64,000 nucleotides of DNA. Source: Raillietiella orientalis (taxonomy: Eukaryota). The notes below the pieces were generated by a model. The model was given only the letters and a program-made list of their open reading frames with translations. It made no database searches and was not told the DNA's origin. The translations under genes were made by a program, and so were the position numbers. Position 1 is the stretch's first letter. Every line of letters starts with the position of its first letter. The stretch covers positions 744,001 through 808,000 of the forward strand of contig JAYWIR010000049.1 in the NCBI GenBank assembly GCA_036172245.1. Direction: 5' to 3'. Below are positions 22,700 to 34,879 of this stretch, in pieces.

Positions 22700-25600
22700 C
22701 ACCGCTGCTCATTCAGATGCAGACTCCATTTCCCGATAATTTCGAACCATTACGCGGAAAATATCCAATCTATTAATCAAGAGTGCGAACTGGAAACAAC
22801 AGGACCGATCGCAACGGAGGATTCGTCTGCTAAAATGTGCCGAGTGAAAAATGGTCACTTTGTTCGGGGTACTTCCTCGAGCAGCAGAAAAACGCAAAAT
22901 AAACGGAAAACGAAAATTTGCAACGGAACCGGGATGAACGATGACGTACTCAGCAAGGGAACTCGCGGAGCCCGGGAGGCAGCCGACTTGAGAGAACCAT
23001 TTCAAAGACCGAGGAGGCTTTTCGAGAGGTTCCTCTTCGGCCTTCGAAGTTCTCCTCCCTGAGGTTCCTTAGGAGGAACGTGCGTTGTCCGCGCGTACCG
23101 TACGCAAGAGTCGGAAATTCACACGCAAAAATGCGCAGCGGAAAAATTGCGGAGACTGGATAAATTAATTACCATGTTCCATCGAGCGGAGAATCTTCAA
23201 AATCTAATGACTTTCACACGCTATAAGGACAACGGATTGCAAGTGCACTCTCAGTTTGAAGATGTGTCCACAGCGAAAGTTTCGCTCCTGTTGCAGGGCT
23301 ACCAGATCAAACGAGTCCGAAATCCGAATTCAACATATGTACTTATAGTAACAAAAATGAAATGAACCAGTGAAAGTGCCTTATTTTCTTCCTTTTATAT
23401 CTTTCCAGCAGGAGGAGGAGGAGACGGGTGGGGAGGGAAGGGGGGGAAGAATTCATTTTGCAATTACCTCTGCCAATTGCTGATAATAAAAATCCATGAT
23501 AGGAATAAATCTCCAATAAACAAAACTGAGATCCGTTTTGGATTCGAGAGATGACTTTCGCAAACAGTCCTGGCAACCTTTTTTTTTTCTCGAATAAGGA
23601 ATACAATTTTCAAAAACAAAATCGATTCCATAGGAAAACCCACGCGCTACTTTCGTGTATACTCTTCCTATTTAAAGACTGGCATTATTGCTTCCCCAAT
23701 TAAAAGAGCAATCTTATCGATTAATACGAGACAAGTGACAGCAAACACTCTTTTTTTTTTCTTTTTTTTAGAAAAAAAAAAAAAGAAAAAAAACTGAATA
23801 AACATCATTTTCTGCAAACACGGTGACTTTCGGATTTATGTAAACTAAAACCGTTAGGATATGTCGCTTTATTTATTTCGTGGAGGAGAGGAGGGAGCGA
23901 GGAAAGTAAAAGGAGCAACTGATACTGCCCAGATTTGTTTTTAACGGAAACCTCGATTGCTGAAATATAAACGCGTCATTGAGACTGGTACAGAATAGGA
24001 AAAGAAAAGAAAAAAAAAAAAAAAAACACGTTACACAAGCATACAACTCCACGTGTGACCAGCGTAATGTCGCTTTTAATTTTCCTGTAGTCATCAAATC
24101 AAAGTCTTCACTCAATTACTTGTTTTGTCCTAAACCCTAAATTCTCCTAGATTCGTTTTTGGTTCTGAGGTTTAGAAAGACTCTCCGTGCTGATGTACAC
24201 ATGATTATTCCACAGAAAGCAATTGATCAACCGCAGGGGCACACAGCCGATTACAAAAAAAAACAAAACAAGCAAACCTAAGATGAGGAAACACTTCTTG
24301 TCCGAAAAACGTTCGAAAAGACAGAGGAAAGAAAAGCCTCCTTTACTCATGTACTTGTCTATAGCCCTGGATCTCTCCTAATCCGTGTTTATTCCATTCT
24401 GACTGCAAATCTTTTGGGACTACTGAACTATTTATTAGAGTACCCGAAGGGTAAGAATCCAAATAAGACAATAACACATGATGGTAAGTAATAGTTAAAA
24501 TTCGAAAATATGTGATAAATAAATTAATTCTCATACTCTAAACACAGTTCACTTTTAGTATAACCAAAGGACCCATCATAATACTTGTTCCATCGCTTTT
24601 TCTGAGAATAGTTTGCTTCCTTCAAATCAACAGACGGATAAATTCTTATGACGAGATTCTTAACTTTCGATAAAAATTATAAAATACAATTAGGTGAGTT
24701 CTTTTCAATAATATACTTCATTTGGTACTCGCTATTGCTTTACACGTGAGATAGTGAGTGCAGCTGAATCCATCACATAAACAAATACGTGCGTTTTTAG
24801 ATTATATACAACACAAACAAAGGAACGCCGACTCTTTCCATTGCATTTTTTTGTGCTTTCAATCTTCAAAGGAATAATATTGAATAATGAACATCAGAAA
24901 CAGCACCGGAAAAAATCGTTCGATAAAGTGAAGCTGAGGAGGGAAACTGTTGTTGGAACCAAAGAAATGTAAGTTTGTTTCATGTATGAATCAATCGGAT
25001 GACTGGTAGCACTGCAATATCAAAAAAGCGCCGTATCGCCGTAAAGAATTTGAAAATTTTGACAATTACTAGAGGATTCGATTCTTAATCAATTAAACTG
25101 TTCTCGTGCTTATCAATGCGGCTTGTCAAAAGAAGACTTTTGCAATTACGTCGCTGCAAACATGGCAGGAATATCAACTGATGGAATATACTGTGCTAGC
25201 AAACGATGGAGAAGAATCAGTTACTTCATATGCAGTGACCGACTTTTCTGGCGATTGATTTTTCAACGAGTTCTCCGTTTGCTGTAAAAATAAAATGCAA
25301 AAAAAAAAAAAAAAACCTCAAAAGTTTTCATTTGTGTGCATTCTCGCAGAACTTAACACGTAATTTGTAGGCGCCGTCCTTGGGGCAGCTTGGCTTTTAC
25401 GACAACAACATTACTGATAATCATCCCAGGGAGGAACGAGGAAACACCAGTGTAATTTGAATGCCGCGGGTTTGTTTACATGTGTGCAGAATGAGACATG
25501 TTACTGATGTGAAAAATCCCGACTTCCTCCGTCGGAGGAAACAGAACGTCCTGAAATCAAGTATTTCACACCTTCTACAAAGAGCACATGTGAAACAGCA

Positions 25601-26330
25601 TCCTGTTCGATTTCGTTTTCCCAAAGTCTCCGCATCCTTACAATCCTGTAAATTCGTGAATTTCTTCGTCCTCAGATTTCCCTGCAACTGCAATCAACGC
25701 CGTGGGAACACAGGCAAAGAATCGACTTCAGGTCTTATCACTTCCAGGATCATGTCGCAGCCATGAATATGGTATCCCACATTGCACTGTGTCTACCAAG
25801 ATTTATTAGCAGTGTACCCAACGGTCTCCGTTAATATTTTGCAAAAAAAAGTGAGCTGGAATTTTACAGTGTAGATATGAAGTAGGAAAAAAAAAAAAAA
25901 ATCGAAGCAGGGAGTTGCCAGGAGAGAATCAAGAAAAACTGACGGTGCAACAAACACAAAACCGATGGGCTCCCATGTAACCTATCTCTATGAATCACGT
26001 AGAATCCCGTACGTCTAAGTCGTGGGTTTGTCAAGCACATAGGAGTCGGGGAACAGCAATTGAACGTTGCAAACCCCACACAGGATTCTCTCCATCCACG
26101 CTCATGTTCCCGAAAAGGATGCAAGTAATCGAAATATGGAGGAACGAATTCGTTCCTTTTTTTTCTTTTTCTTTTTTTAGGGGGGGGGGGGATGGGGAGA
26201 ATGTGATATGCATGTTCAAGGCTTACTCTATCCGTATCTCCATGCGAGGAATTTTCTGTACCGCCTGGATGTGGTTGGTGTTGTACGCGTGCAACACGCG
26301 GAGTTCGCACCAAACACATTATTCTTAAAA
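22700..26330 (-). pseudogene. Decayed LGR relic F
   Basis: LRR-like LQGNLRTKKFTNL and CEILDFRTFCFLRRRKSGFFTSVTCL (about 25.5-25.7 kb); hydrophobic TM1-like and TM3-like stretches at 23.9-24.3 kb; ECL2/TM5-like CTCNPLSL..MVINLSSL (about 23.2 kb). Confidence 0.45.
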
Positions 26331-26350
26331 AGTGCAAACAGCAGGCTTAC

Positions 26351-26427
26351 CTATGCTCGACCAAACGTGAACGACGACCGACGAAGGACTACATGTTGAA
26401 CTCTCACACACGCATTCATACGAACTG
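26351..26427 (-). other. Candidate non-coding first exon / TSS of complexin
   Basis: Strong donor AG|GTAAGC at 26350 on the minus strand, with an initiator-like CAGTT about 75 nt upstream. It lies between relics F and G. No transcript evidence. Confidence 0.3.
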
Positions 26428-26879
26428 CTACACTGCCTGTGTCCAAAACACAAAAAAAATGATGATGATATTTGTTGTTCTGGACACATTTCGGCATGCG
26501 CAATGCTCTCCGGCTTCTTGGAGAATGCGTACGTCAGTATTACGACTTATTGATCTTGCGGAATGAGAGCATATTTTATTATTTATGGGAATAAAATGCA
26601 TGCATTAATGGGTTTTTTTTTTTTTTCCCCCCTCTCTCCCTCTCCCTTTAATTTTGGCAGGCGCTTCGAAACGTTATCTAAACCACGCTGCTAGCTTTCT
26701 ATCCAACAGAACTATTTATTGCATGAATTGTAATAAATTTCATATTTTATAAGACTGCATGACTGCTTTTTTAGGCCGTTTTTTTTAAAAAAAAAAAAAA
26801 AAACCAAAAAACAAAAAAGTGTTTTGTCGTCGATAGCAACAGTCGACGTGTGCCGGACCACCCTCGGTAACATTAGTTT

Positions 26880-29800
26880 GTAATTATTCTTCATGAGACG
26901 TTGAAATCCGTCATGAGCCCTTGCTATGCATTTTGGCACCCATGCAGTGGGTCAGGAGTTCACCTTTAACTTCTCGTCTCTTGCATTTCCGGCGTGCCGC
27001 GCTCCCCATTTGTTCGTTGACACGACGTTCGCGTGGACTTGAAATGATCACCGAAGCACTGAGAAAAGTCTTTCGCGAAGAAAACAGCTTCGACGGCATT
27101 GATTAGAACCAACGTAACACGTTGAAAATTCTCGTATGACTAACAGCAATAATGTAATTTTAATTAAGGGCGCAGATGCTACCTGCTAATTGAATTCGAA
27201 GCCTGAGCGTCGTTCCAGGATCCGAAAGGGAAAAAAGAAATTGCAAAACCATTGGGAATGCATTTGAGAAATGGAATCCTTGGGGTGCGAGTAACATCTC
27301 CAAAGAGCTTGCATAGATATCGTTTTAATTAGTGTTCCGGCCCCTATCCGAAACTTTCTCAGTCCCGGGGATGAATTCACACTGCTACCTTCAGCGGTTG
27401 TGCTGCGTTATTTTCAGAAGCATCAGAAAGAGCAACACGGATTTGAAAGCTTGGGCACAAGACGTACTTTGGGCCGCAGGGGTTTCCTCTACAAGCTCGC
27501 ACGCAGGACCTCAGTGGTTTCAGTGGAAACATGGACCACCTATTCCTATTCATTGGTCCTCTGAAGAAAATCTCGGGATGAAACCAACAGGAATAACGAT
27601 TCCTCCGTGTCTGTAGATATGCACGTGTTGCATCATTCCATGTTCAGCATATTTACATGAAGTTTAATTTAGTAAGGATATGCAAGGCGCTGAGCTTAGT
27701 ATAAGCCAAAGCGCTCAAGACGATACAGACGTTTCTAACTTGGATTGCTCATGATGCATGTATCATTTAGATAAGTATCATTTCGGAGGTCCGCTCTCAA
27801 AGAGAATCATCAGTTGGGATTGCCACCAACACATCAGCTAGGTTTCTTCCGGTTCTGAAAGGGAGGAAAACGGCCGAAGCCAAAGACCCCTGTCCCCTAC
27901 CCTCCCCATATTTTCATTTCTATTTTTTTTTAATTTGTATTCGTGGTCCCCTCCCTCCCGTTCCGGATTTTCGGGAATTACCGACCTGCGTGTCGGGGAG
28001 CCCTCCCTTCGTTTTTCTGTGGTACTCTGTCCGGGAACTCCGCTCCCGGATAGTGCAGAAATAAACGCCCCGGCTCACCCGGGTGGGAATCAGCTAGGTT
28101 TCTTTGCTCCTATTGCAAGTTCGGTTGCCAGAAAAAAAGGCAAAAAGCATTGCGAAATTTGGAGAATCGGAATAGAATGGAGAAAAATGTGCCCCCCCCT
28201 CATCGACTTAGATATCCTAAGACTTCTCGCAAACAGGACAGATCAAGATTCGTCGCCATAGTTTTCTGCTTTCTTGTGAATGGAGAGCAGAGAGATTCAG
28301 TATACAAGAAACCGGTTCGCCTCGACAAGTGAGCTAGTAAGAGAGTTTGCTAATGGAAGGGAATAAACGAAAGGATAAACAGAACGGTTATGGACTTTCA
28401 TATGCCGTTTTCACGCAACCATGCTGCTTTGAGTTCCTTTCAGATGAAAATTTGGATTGCCTGGCAGTGGATACAGACTCTGCTCTAGATGAAAGCCTCA
28501 AATTGATCGTTTCCTCAGACAGTTAGATGGTTTCCAAATGCTACCAAAATGAATCACCAAGGCGAAAAGTTGGGTTAACTTTTTTGGGGATATGCTAAAA
28601 GGCTATAAACAATTGCAGTAGTCTTTTGAAAATGTCCTTTTTCAAACGGTTTAAGGATTTGCATTTACGGATTTTTGAGGAGTGGCGATGGTACAGATAA
28701 ATTTGCATATCTGGAATCTCAGCGGAATTTAAAAGGCTCTGAATCGGGTCAATCAGAATGCAATGGCATTCACTCATTCTTTGATCCTCCCAGTGCCAGA
28801 AGTGTATTTCTACACGCCACTTTCAGTATCACATCCTTTAAATTCTTCTTATCACATGTTGGAAAGGACCTCTCACGTGCTGTTCAAAGGAGAATTCAAG
28901 TTGCACTGTTTCGTTCGTGAACCGCTAAGATTTCATCCAGGAATTTCTGGCAAGATTTGACCGCCAGCATTATTCCCGATCCTCTTGAATCTCCACAGAA
29001 TTTCATGTACTGGCTCCAAAGGCTACGGCATGCGGAGGAGGGAAAAAAAGTGTGAAAATTCGGGAGATTAACCCTGCCTTTCAAGAAACATGGAATATTA
29101 TGTAGTGCTTAATGAGCTTGAAATCTGCCATATTTGTGATGAGAATTCCATTCGAAACAGTTGTAATTGTTTTCAGAGCATGCAAGGATGGACTCATCAA
29201 CACCCACTGTGAATATATTTCGATACTTTGATGTGCACATACATAAGTATGAAATCTAATGAAATTGCAACTTTTATAAGATTCTTCGCATTACAAACAC
29301 GAGAAATCTTACACCTGCTGTGGCTTTTCGTTATCTACTCTAGGTATTTAGTCCTATCCAGTAAATTATTAAGCAGTAACCAAATGCGCAGACGGTCGCA
29401 AGTAGTCAAATTATATTCGAAAGTACAATCTATACAAGTTTAACTTCCTTATCTTGCTTAGATCACGAACGTCTCAAAATGTATTCAGAATCATGGATAG
29501 GTATTCGTACATAGTTTGTATTTCTCGAACTTCCCGGATTGAACTGTATTTTTTGCTCTAGGTTTCAATTTTCATCAATATCTGTGATATTTACGAAATA
29601 TCTTACTCTGTCTGGATACGGTACACCCTACAGAGTATATATTGCCCTTGGTGTGCTGTGCATTCGCTGTCTTATCCGTAGAACAAGTTTCAAATGAAAA
29701 AACTTCGAACAAAGCAAGCAGCCTTGATTGCTTCGATGCGATTTTGATTTTCAAATTGAGAGACGGCGATTCCAGAGCAGGAGATGGACTCGGAAGGTGA

Positions 29801-29900
29801 GGAAAATCTATTTCACCATATGCAAAAAATGTATGAAACACGAAAACTGGGCAAATGCCCAGTTTTATGCCCAAATAAAAGAATGTTCGGAAATATGTCG
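26880..29900 (-). pseudogene. Decayed LGR relic G (recognisable only to about TM3)
   Basis: LRRs LKTITTVSNG and SLNRLKKDIFKRLLQL; hinge ACELVEETPAAQSTSCAQAFKSVLL (about 27.45 kb); TM2-ECL1 LVLINAVEAVFF..KSTRTSCQ (about 27.05 kb). Confidence 0.55.
27849..28088 (+). mobile_element. Short retroposon (SINE or truncated LINE 3' end) with 16-bp TSD
   Basis: Direct repeat atcagctaggtttctt at 27833-27848 and 28089-28104. Ends in AATAAA plus gccccggctcacccgggtg, shared with the element at 53937-54218. Confidence 0.75.
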
Positions 29901-30126
29901 TCGGCCACAATTTCAACGAAAATCACTAACTCGTGATGGCAACAGTGATTTTCGGAATTCGGCGCGCTCATTGTGAAGAATCTTCCCTGTGATCCATTGT
30001 TATTTTTGCACAGTTGGTTTCCTGAAAGTCACGAAAACAGATGTTCACCTGAACGGGAAGTCAACACGTGTCGGCACTTCTGTAAAGTCGATGAACTGCC
30101 TAATATGACTGAAATACGGTTTTGCA

Positions 30127-30130
<4 letters not shown>

Positions 30131-30157
<27 letters not shown>
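30131..30157. repeat. (CT)n microsatellite
   Basis: Read directly. Confidence 0.9.
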
Positions 30158-30161
<4 letters not shown>

Positions 30162-30539
30162 CGTCTGCATAATCAACTGTCTCTCAAGTGAACTCGCCTT
30201 TTTTTCTCATCCACTGAAATGTGGAAAAATTACATTTCTCCACTGCGTACAAGAACACTTCACACAGTGCAATCCCTCCTGTGAAGGTTCCGACATTTAC
30301 AAACGATGCAAGATGAATGAAACGGTGCATCGACCTGATTACAAAGCAGCAAACACCTTTCCCATGCCTTCAACATTGCTTGCAGTGGTATCCAACACTC
30401 TTCCCATGAAGCATCGAATGATGAGAGAATGCTTTCACCAATCAAAGTTTGAAGTTAAATTTGGGGGGTTTGAGAGCGATGTTAAATTTCTAGAACATTC
30501 TATCAAAATCAATAAACACGCAGAAGGTGAAGAGTTTCT

Positions 30540-33500
30540 TTGACCATGCTACCGGCGTGGTGACACTCCTGTTCGACCCCACTTTCATGTGGGGCCGACG
30601 GTTGCCGTTTTACCACAAGCCACTCATTATCAAGTGCAGAGCATCAGACGACATCTAAAAACAATACGCGACGCACACTTGCAATACAAATGCAGATCAC
30701 GCTGCAGCATCATGCCGGGCAGAAGACCCTCCGATAACAAATGCTCGCACATGACCACTTCACCCATCGGTGACAGCAACGGTAACGACTTCCACAACGG
30801 TAGAAATCCGACTGGACTTCTCGTGGTTATTTCCGGAGTGTGGAACGGCACTTTCTTCGAGGATGGGTCTCCTAAACCACCAACCACGGCACGACCGCAC
30901 GGACCGTCGAACGAGACTGGGGTCACAGTCACAAGAAAGAAACACGAATCAACAGGTTGTGACTCAAGGATTGGAAGTAGAGGCGAGGGTGGTTTCTTTG
31001 GGAATCTCGACAACGTGGTAGGGGAACTGACAGAAGAAAAGCAGGAAGCATGCGTGTAGGTCGGTAGGCGAAGTTGAAGGACCCTTCTTTGAAAATCTAG
31101 ACAATATTTCAAACGATCTAGTTGGGGAACTTCAGAACAGATGTGAAATAGAAGAGCCAGTGAAACGCGGGCGCTCCTAGTCGCTGCCCACTCCCCAAAT
31201 AATGCCTCCGCAATAATATCGACGGCTCTCTTCGAGCCGATGCCACCCTTAGAAGAAAGTGACGTCAATGAAGTTGAAGATGGTATTTTAGAAGACACCG
31301 GAAATTCAGTAGGATCGATCTTCGGTTATCGGTTTTTCGAGGAGGATGAAGCTGAAATTGAATCAGATAGGAAGTACCACTTCTTCAAGACATATCTCCA
31401 TATCACAGTAGAGATGAAAGAAGTTTAGGAGCAGTGTCTCCACTCACGGACGTTGAGGGAGACTGTCCAATACCATTCGAACATGAATCGGTCTGGACAC
31501 GGAAGGTTGACGGATCATTCCTCCGCATTCTTGGAAGAGAAACAAAAATTTGAGGGGATGTGCACGTTCTGAGGATTGGATCACGGTCCGAGTTCGAGGA
31601 GGCCTATGAGGGATTACTGATCAAAATCAGAAAAGAATCAGCCGAAGGCAAGATCAAGTCGGCTAAACCCTCCTCAAAAAGATTTACGGTTGATCCCCAA
31701 AACAAAAAAGAAATTCAAAGGCTTTATAGAACCAACAGAAGAAAAGCAGTGAGAACAATACTTAGCATCAAGACCTGCGATGTAACACTGATCTGGAAAA
31801 GTTTGAGAAGCACTTTTATCAGCAATTTGAAATTCCAGATGCTGCTGATGCTGAAGAATCATTAACAAACAATATACTACTAGGGAGATGTATCTTCCCT
31901 GGAGCTGACTCCCTTCTCCACCGAAGTGGTGTCCCATTGGCTAAGAAAAGCCGAAAACTCGAGCTCTGGATTGGACGGCATTACCTACCTACCCCGGATG
32001 GAGGGTGGCCGGCTCCCCCAGTGCGGGGATATTGACCTCAACATTCAAAATACTCATCAAGTTCGGAACAATACCTACCTCATGGAGGAGCGCAAGGACC
32101 GTTTTGCTCCCTAAAACATCATGTCTGCTCCCAGCAAGTCAGCTATTGGAGGTCCATTTCCATGGGCGACAGTGTATACCGATTATACTCCAGATGCCTC
32201 TCAGCTAGATTGAAGGAATGGGTTGTGAAACAGAGTTACTTGTCCTCAGCAGAAAGGATTTCTTCCGTTCGACGGGGTGCCCTAACAGAATTTCATTCCG
32301 AACTCCCGCCTGGATTTAAGCCAGGCGCCGCTCCAAACACCTGGGACATTGTGTCTGTGGACCGGGACAACGCATTCGGCACAACTTCGCATCAACTCCT
32401 ATTTCGAACGCTGTATCATTCCGGAATTGGTCCCGAATTCGCGATGCTCGTCAAGGAATCTATACAAGAACTCTTCAACATACACACAACTAGAATCGGC
32501 AATCATTAGGCCATTCATGCTACAGAGGGGAATTAAACAAGGGTACCCATTGAGTTCTCTTCTATCCATATTAGTCATGGAACCGATTGTTCGGGTCTTG
32601 CGGGAGTCTTGTGGCGAAGATGCTATGTTGGCAAACGCCGACGACTTGGTCATTCTGGCAGATTCCAAGGAGGAAGTGATGAAAAGGATGTTGCCACTGC
32701 GAAACTCTAATGAGACGTGCTGCACTCGCCATAATCCAACGAAATGCTCATCCACCTACCACTGTCGCAAGACGCTGAAGGGAGTAAGAACACCATCAAT
32801 GAAGGTGAACGACAAACCCATCCCAAATCTTCCCATGTCTGAAGCTTACAAACATCTTGGAAACCTCTTCGGAATGGAAATTTTTGAAAAAACATCCCGA
32901 CAAAGAAGACATTTTAGAAAAGACTGAGAAAATGGGGTGGACTCTCTCCTTGGCAGCAGATCGATGCATTGAAAACATTCTTCTTCCCTAGTCTGATCCA
33001 CTTTGAAAGGTTAGAAACATATCCAAAAGGCGACTGGAAGTTCCTTGACAGGGAAATCCGCAGACTGGTAAAGGAGCTCCTTCACCTACCTACAAGAGCA
33101 GCCAACGAGTACATCTGTAGAGATAGGAAAAAAGGCTGCCTAGATCTGATGCGGCTGTCCGATGAAGCAGATACCTCCATCATGGGCAGCTGCTTCAAGC
33201 TCATTACTTCTCTGGACTTCATTGTTCAAGACTTGGTCAAGGATTCTCTCCGGGAGGTGGGTGGTACGTAAAAAAAACATTTGAACCACCAACGACTGAG
33301 GACCTCGGAAGATTCCTTTCAGGAGATACCCAAGGAACATTCCAAAGAATTAGTGAGGATATGAAAAACATGTGGACGGTAGGCAGACAGGCCTCCAAGC
33401 AGTTTTGTGATGGAGACATCATACTTGAATATCAGAGACTTTGTCCAGGACCAATCGGTGCGAAAGAAGATAGCCTCTAACTTGAGAGAAGCCCGCACTT

Positions 33501-34413
33501 GGAAGCGCACCTGGGTCCCCCTTATAGAGAAACACCTGGACCAAGGGAAAGCCATGCGTTGCGTGGGACTCCATCAGATCACTTCATGCCATCGTGGGAC
33601 TACATAAGATTTGCGGATTATCGATTCACCCATTCAGCTAGACTCAACTTACTTTCAATCCGAGGTCGGCGATCAGAAGCCGACAGGTTGTGTCGCAGAT
33701 GTGGTACTTGGGAGGAAATATTGCCTCACATTCTGAATCACTGCGTGAGGCATTCCACCCTGTGCATTGTCAGACACAACGCAATAGTGGAGAGATTAAA
33801 GGCGGCTGCCACCTCTTCTGCTGGGTGAAGATAGTCTCAGCAAATCAGCAAGTCCCTGGAGTGGATTCCAGATTGTGGACGGATTTAGTGCTGCAAGAAA
33901 AACGACAGGATAGTAGTGATGATCATCGTCTGCCCCTGAGAGAAACCGTAAAGCAAGAATAGATTTGTCGCCAGAAGTTCATCACCGCCAGAAAGGAAAA
34001 AGAAGAAAAATACCAAGGTATAGCAACAATCTCCTAATAGGGCCTGAAGATCACCGTTCACGCCTTTTTGGTTGGTTCCCTTGGTTCGTGGGATCCTAAA
34101 GACGATGGAATTCCACATGCTTTAGGTGCCTCAAAGAAATATAAAGGAAACTACAAAATGAAGAAACTTATGGTCGCCTCAACCATCCTCTGCAGCAGAG
34201 ACACCTATTGGACGCACCGTCTGGGTCATGCACCGGATGGCGCTTGCAGCCCGATGGAACACCTGGAGGTCCAGACGCAGCACAAAGGATGACGCCCCAG
34301 CAAGATGATAGCTGCAGATCATCCCTTAAAACGAAAAGAAAGAAGATTATGAAAAGCCGTACGCGTTCACTTGCAAAGCAGAAAACATATTCCTCTTTGT
34401 CAATAAAAAAAAA
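30540..34413 (+). mobile_element. Decayed RLE non-LTR retrotransposon, Utopia/NeSL group
   Basis: N-terminal zinc-finger remnant (SIRRHLKT..YKC); IQRLYRTNRRKAVRTI; RT motifs GLDGITY, WRSARTVLLPK, DNAFG, GIKQGYPLS, ADDLV, YKHLG; CCHC knuckle CRRCG..EILPHILNHC..RHNAIV; RLE remnant with VGSLGSWDP; AATAAA and A-run to 34413. Many frameshifts and stops. Confidence 0.9.
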
Positions 34414-34879
34414 TCTGTTCTTACTAGTTCTGATGTGCAACAAAATTAAGTAGCAATAAACAAAAGTTAGCGTCTTAATAATAAAGGTAGATGAACTGTA
34501 CTGAGATGAGGCTGAGTTTTTCTCCTCTTACTGAGTCATCTTGAAAGCAGGAAATAGATCTGTCGTTGAATAATGTAATCTTGTATTATTCTAAGGTTTA
34601 CCGTCTGCGCCCTGTTTGTGCATACCAGTGATAAAAGCTTCCAAAACAACTCTTATGTATGTGTGCGTGTAAACATAAAACATACATACGTATGTATATA
34701 TAGATACGTATATATGTATATACATGCACACACACACACACACACTCCTTTCATTCCACATTTTTCGGAATTTCCTTTCTCAAACTTATCGTTCCGGAGA
34801 AGGGAAAAAAGTGGGGAAAAAAGCCTTACTTAGAGGGCCTTGCAACAAATGCTGATGCTACATGAAGAGGCGAGTTCAG

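Noticed and set aside
34414..34600. U2 snRNA gene or pseudogene
   Set aside because: Only about 10-11 nt match. No Sm site context, downstream stems or 5' half were recognised.
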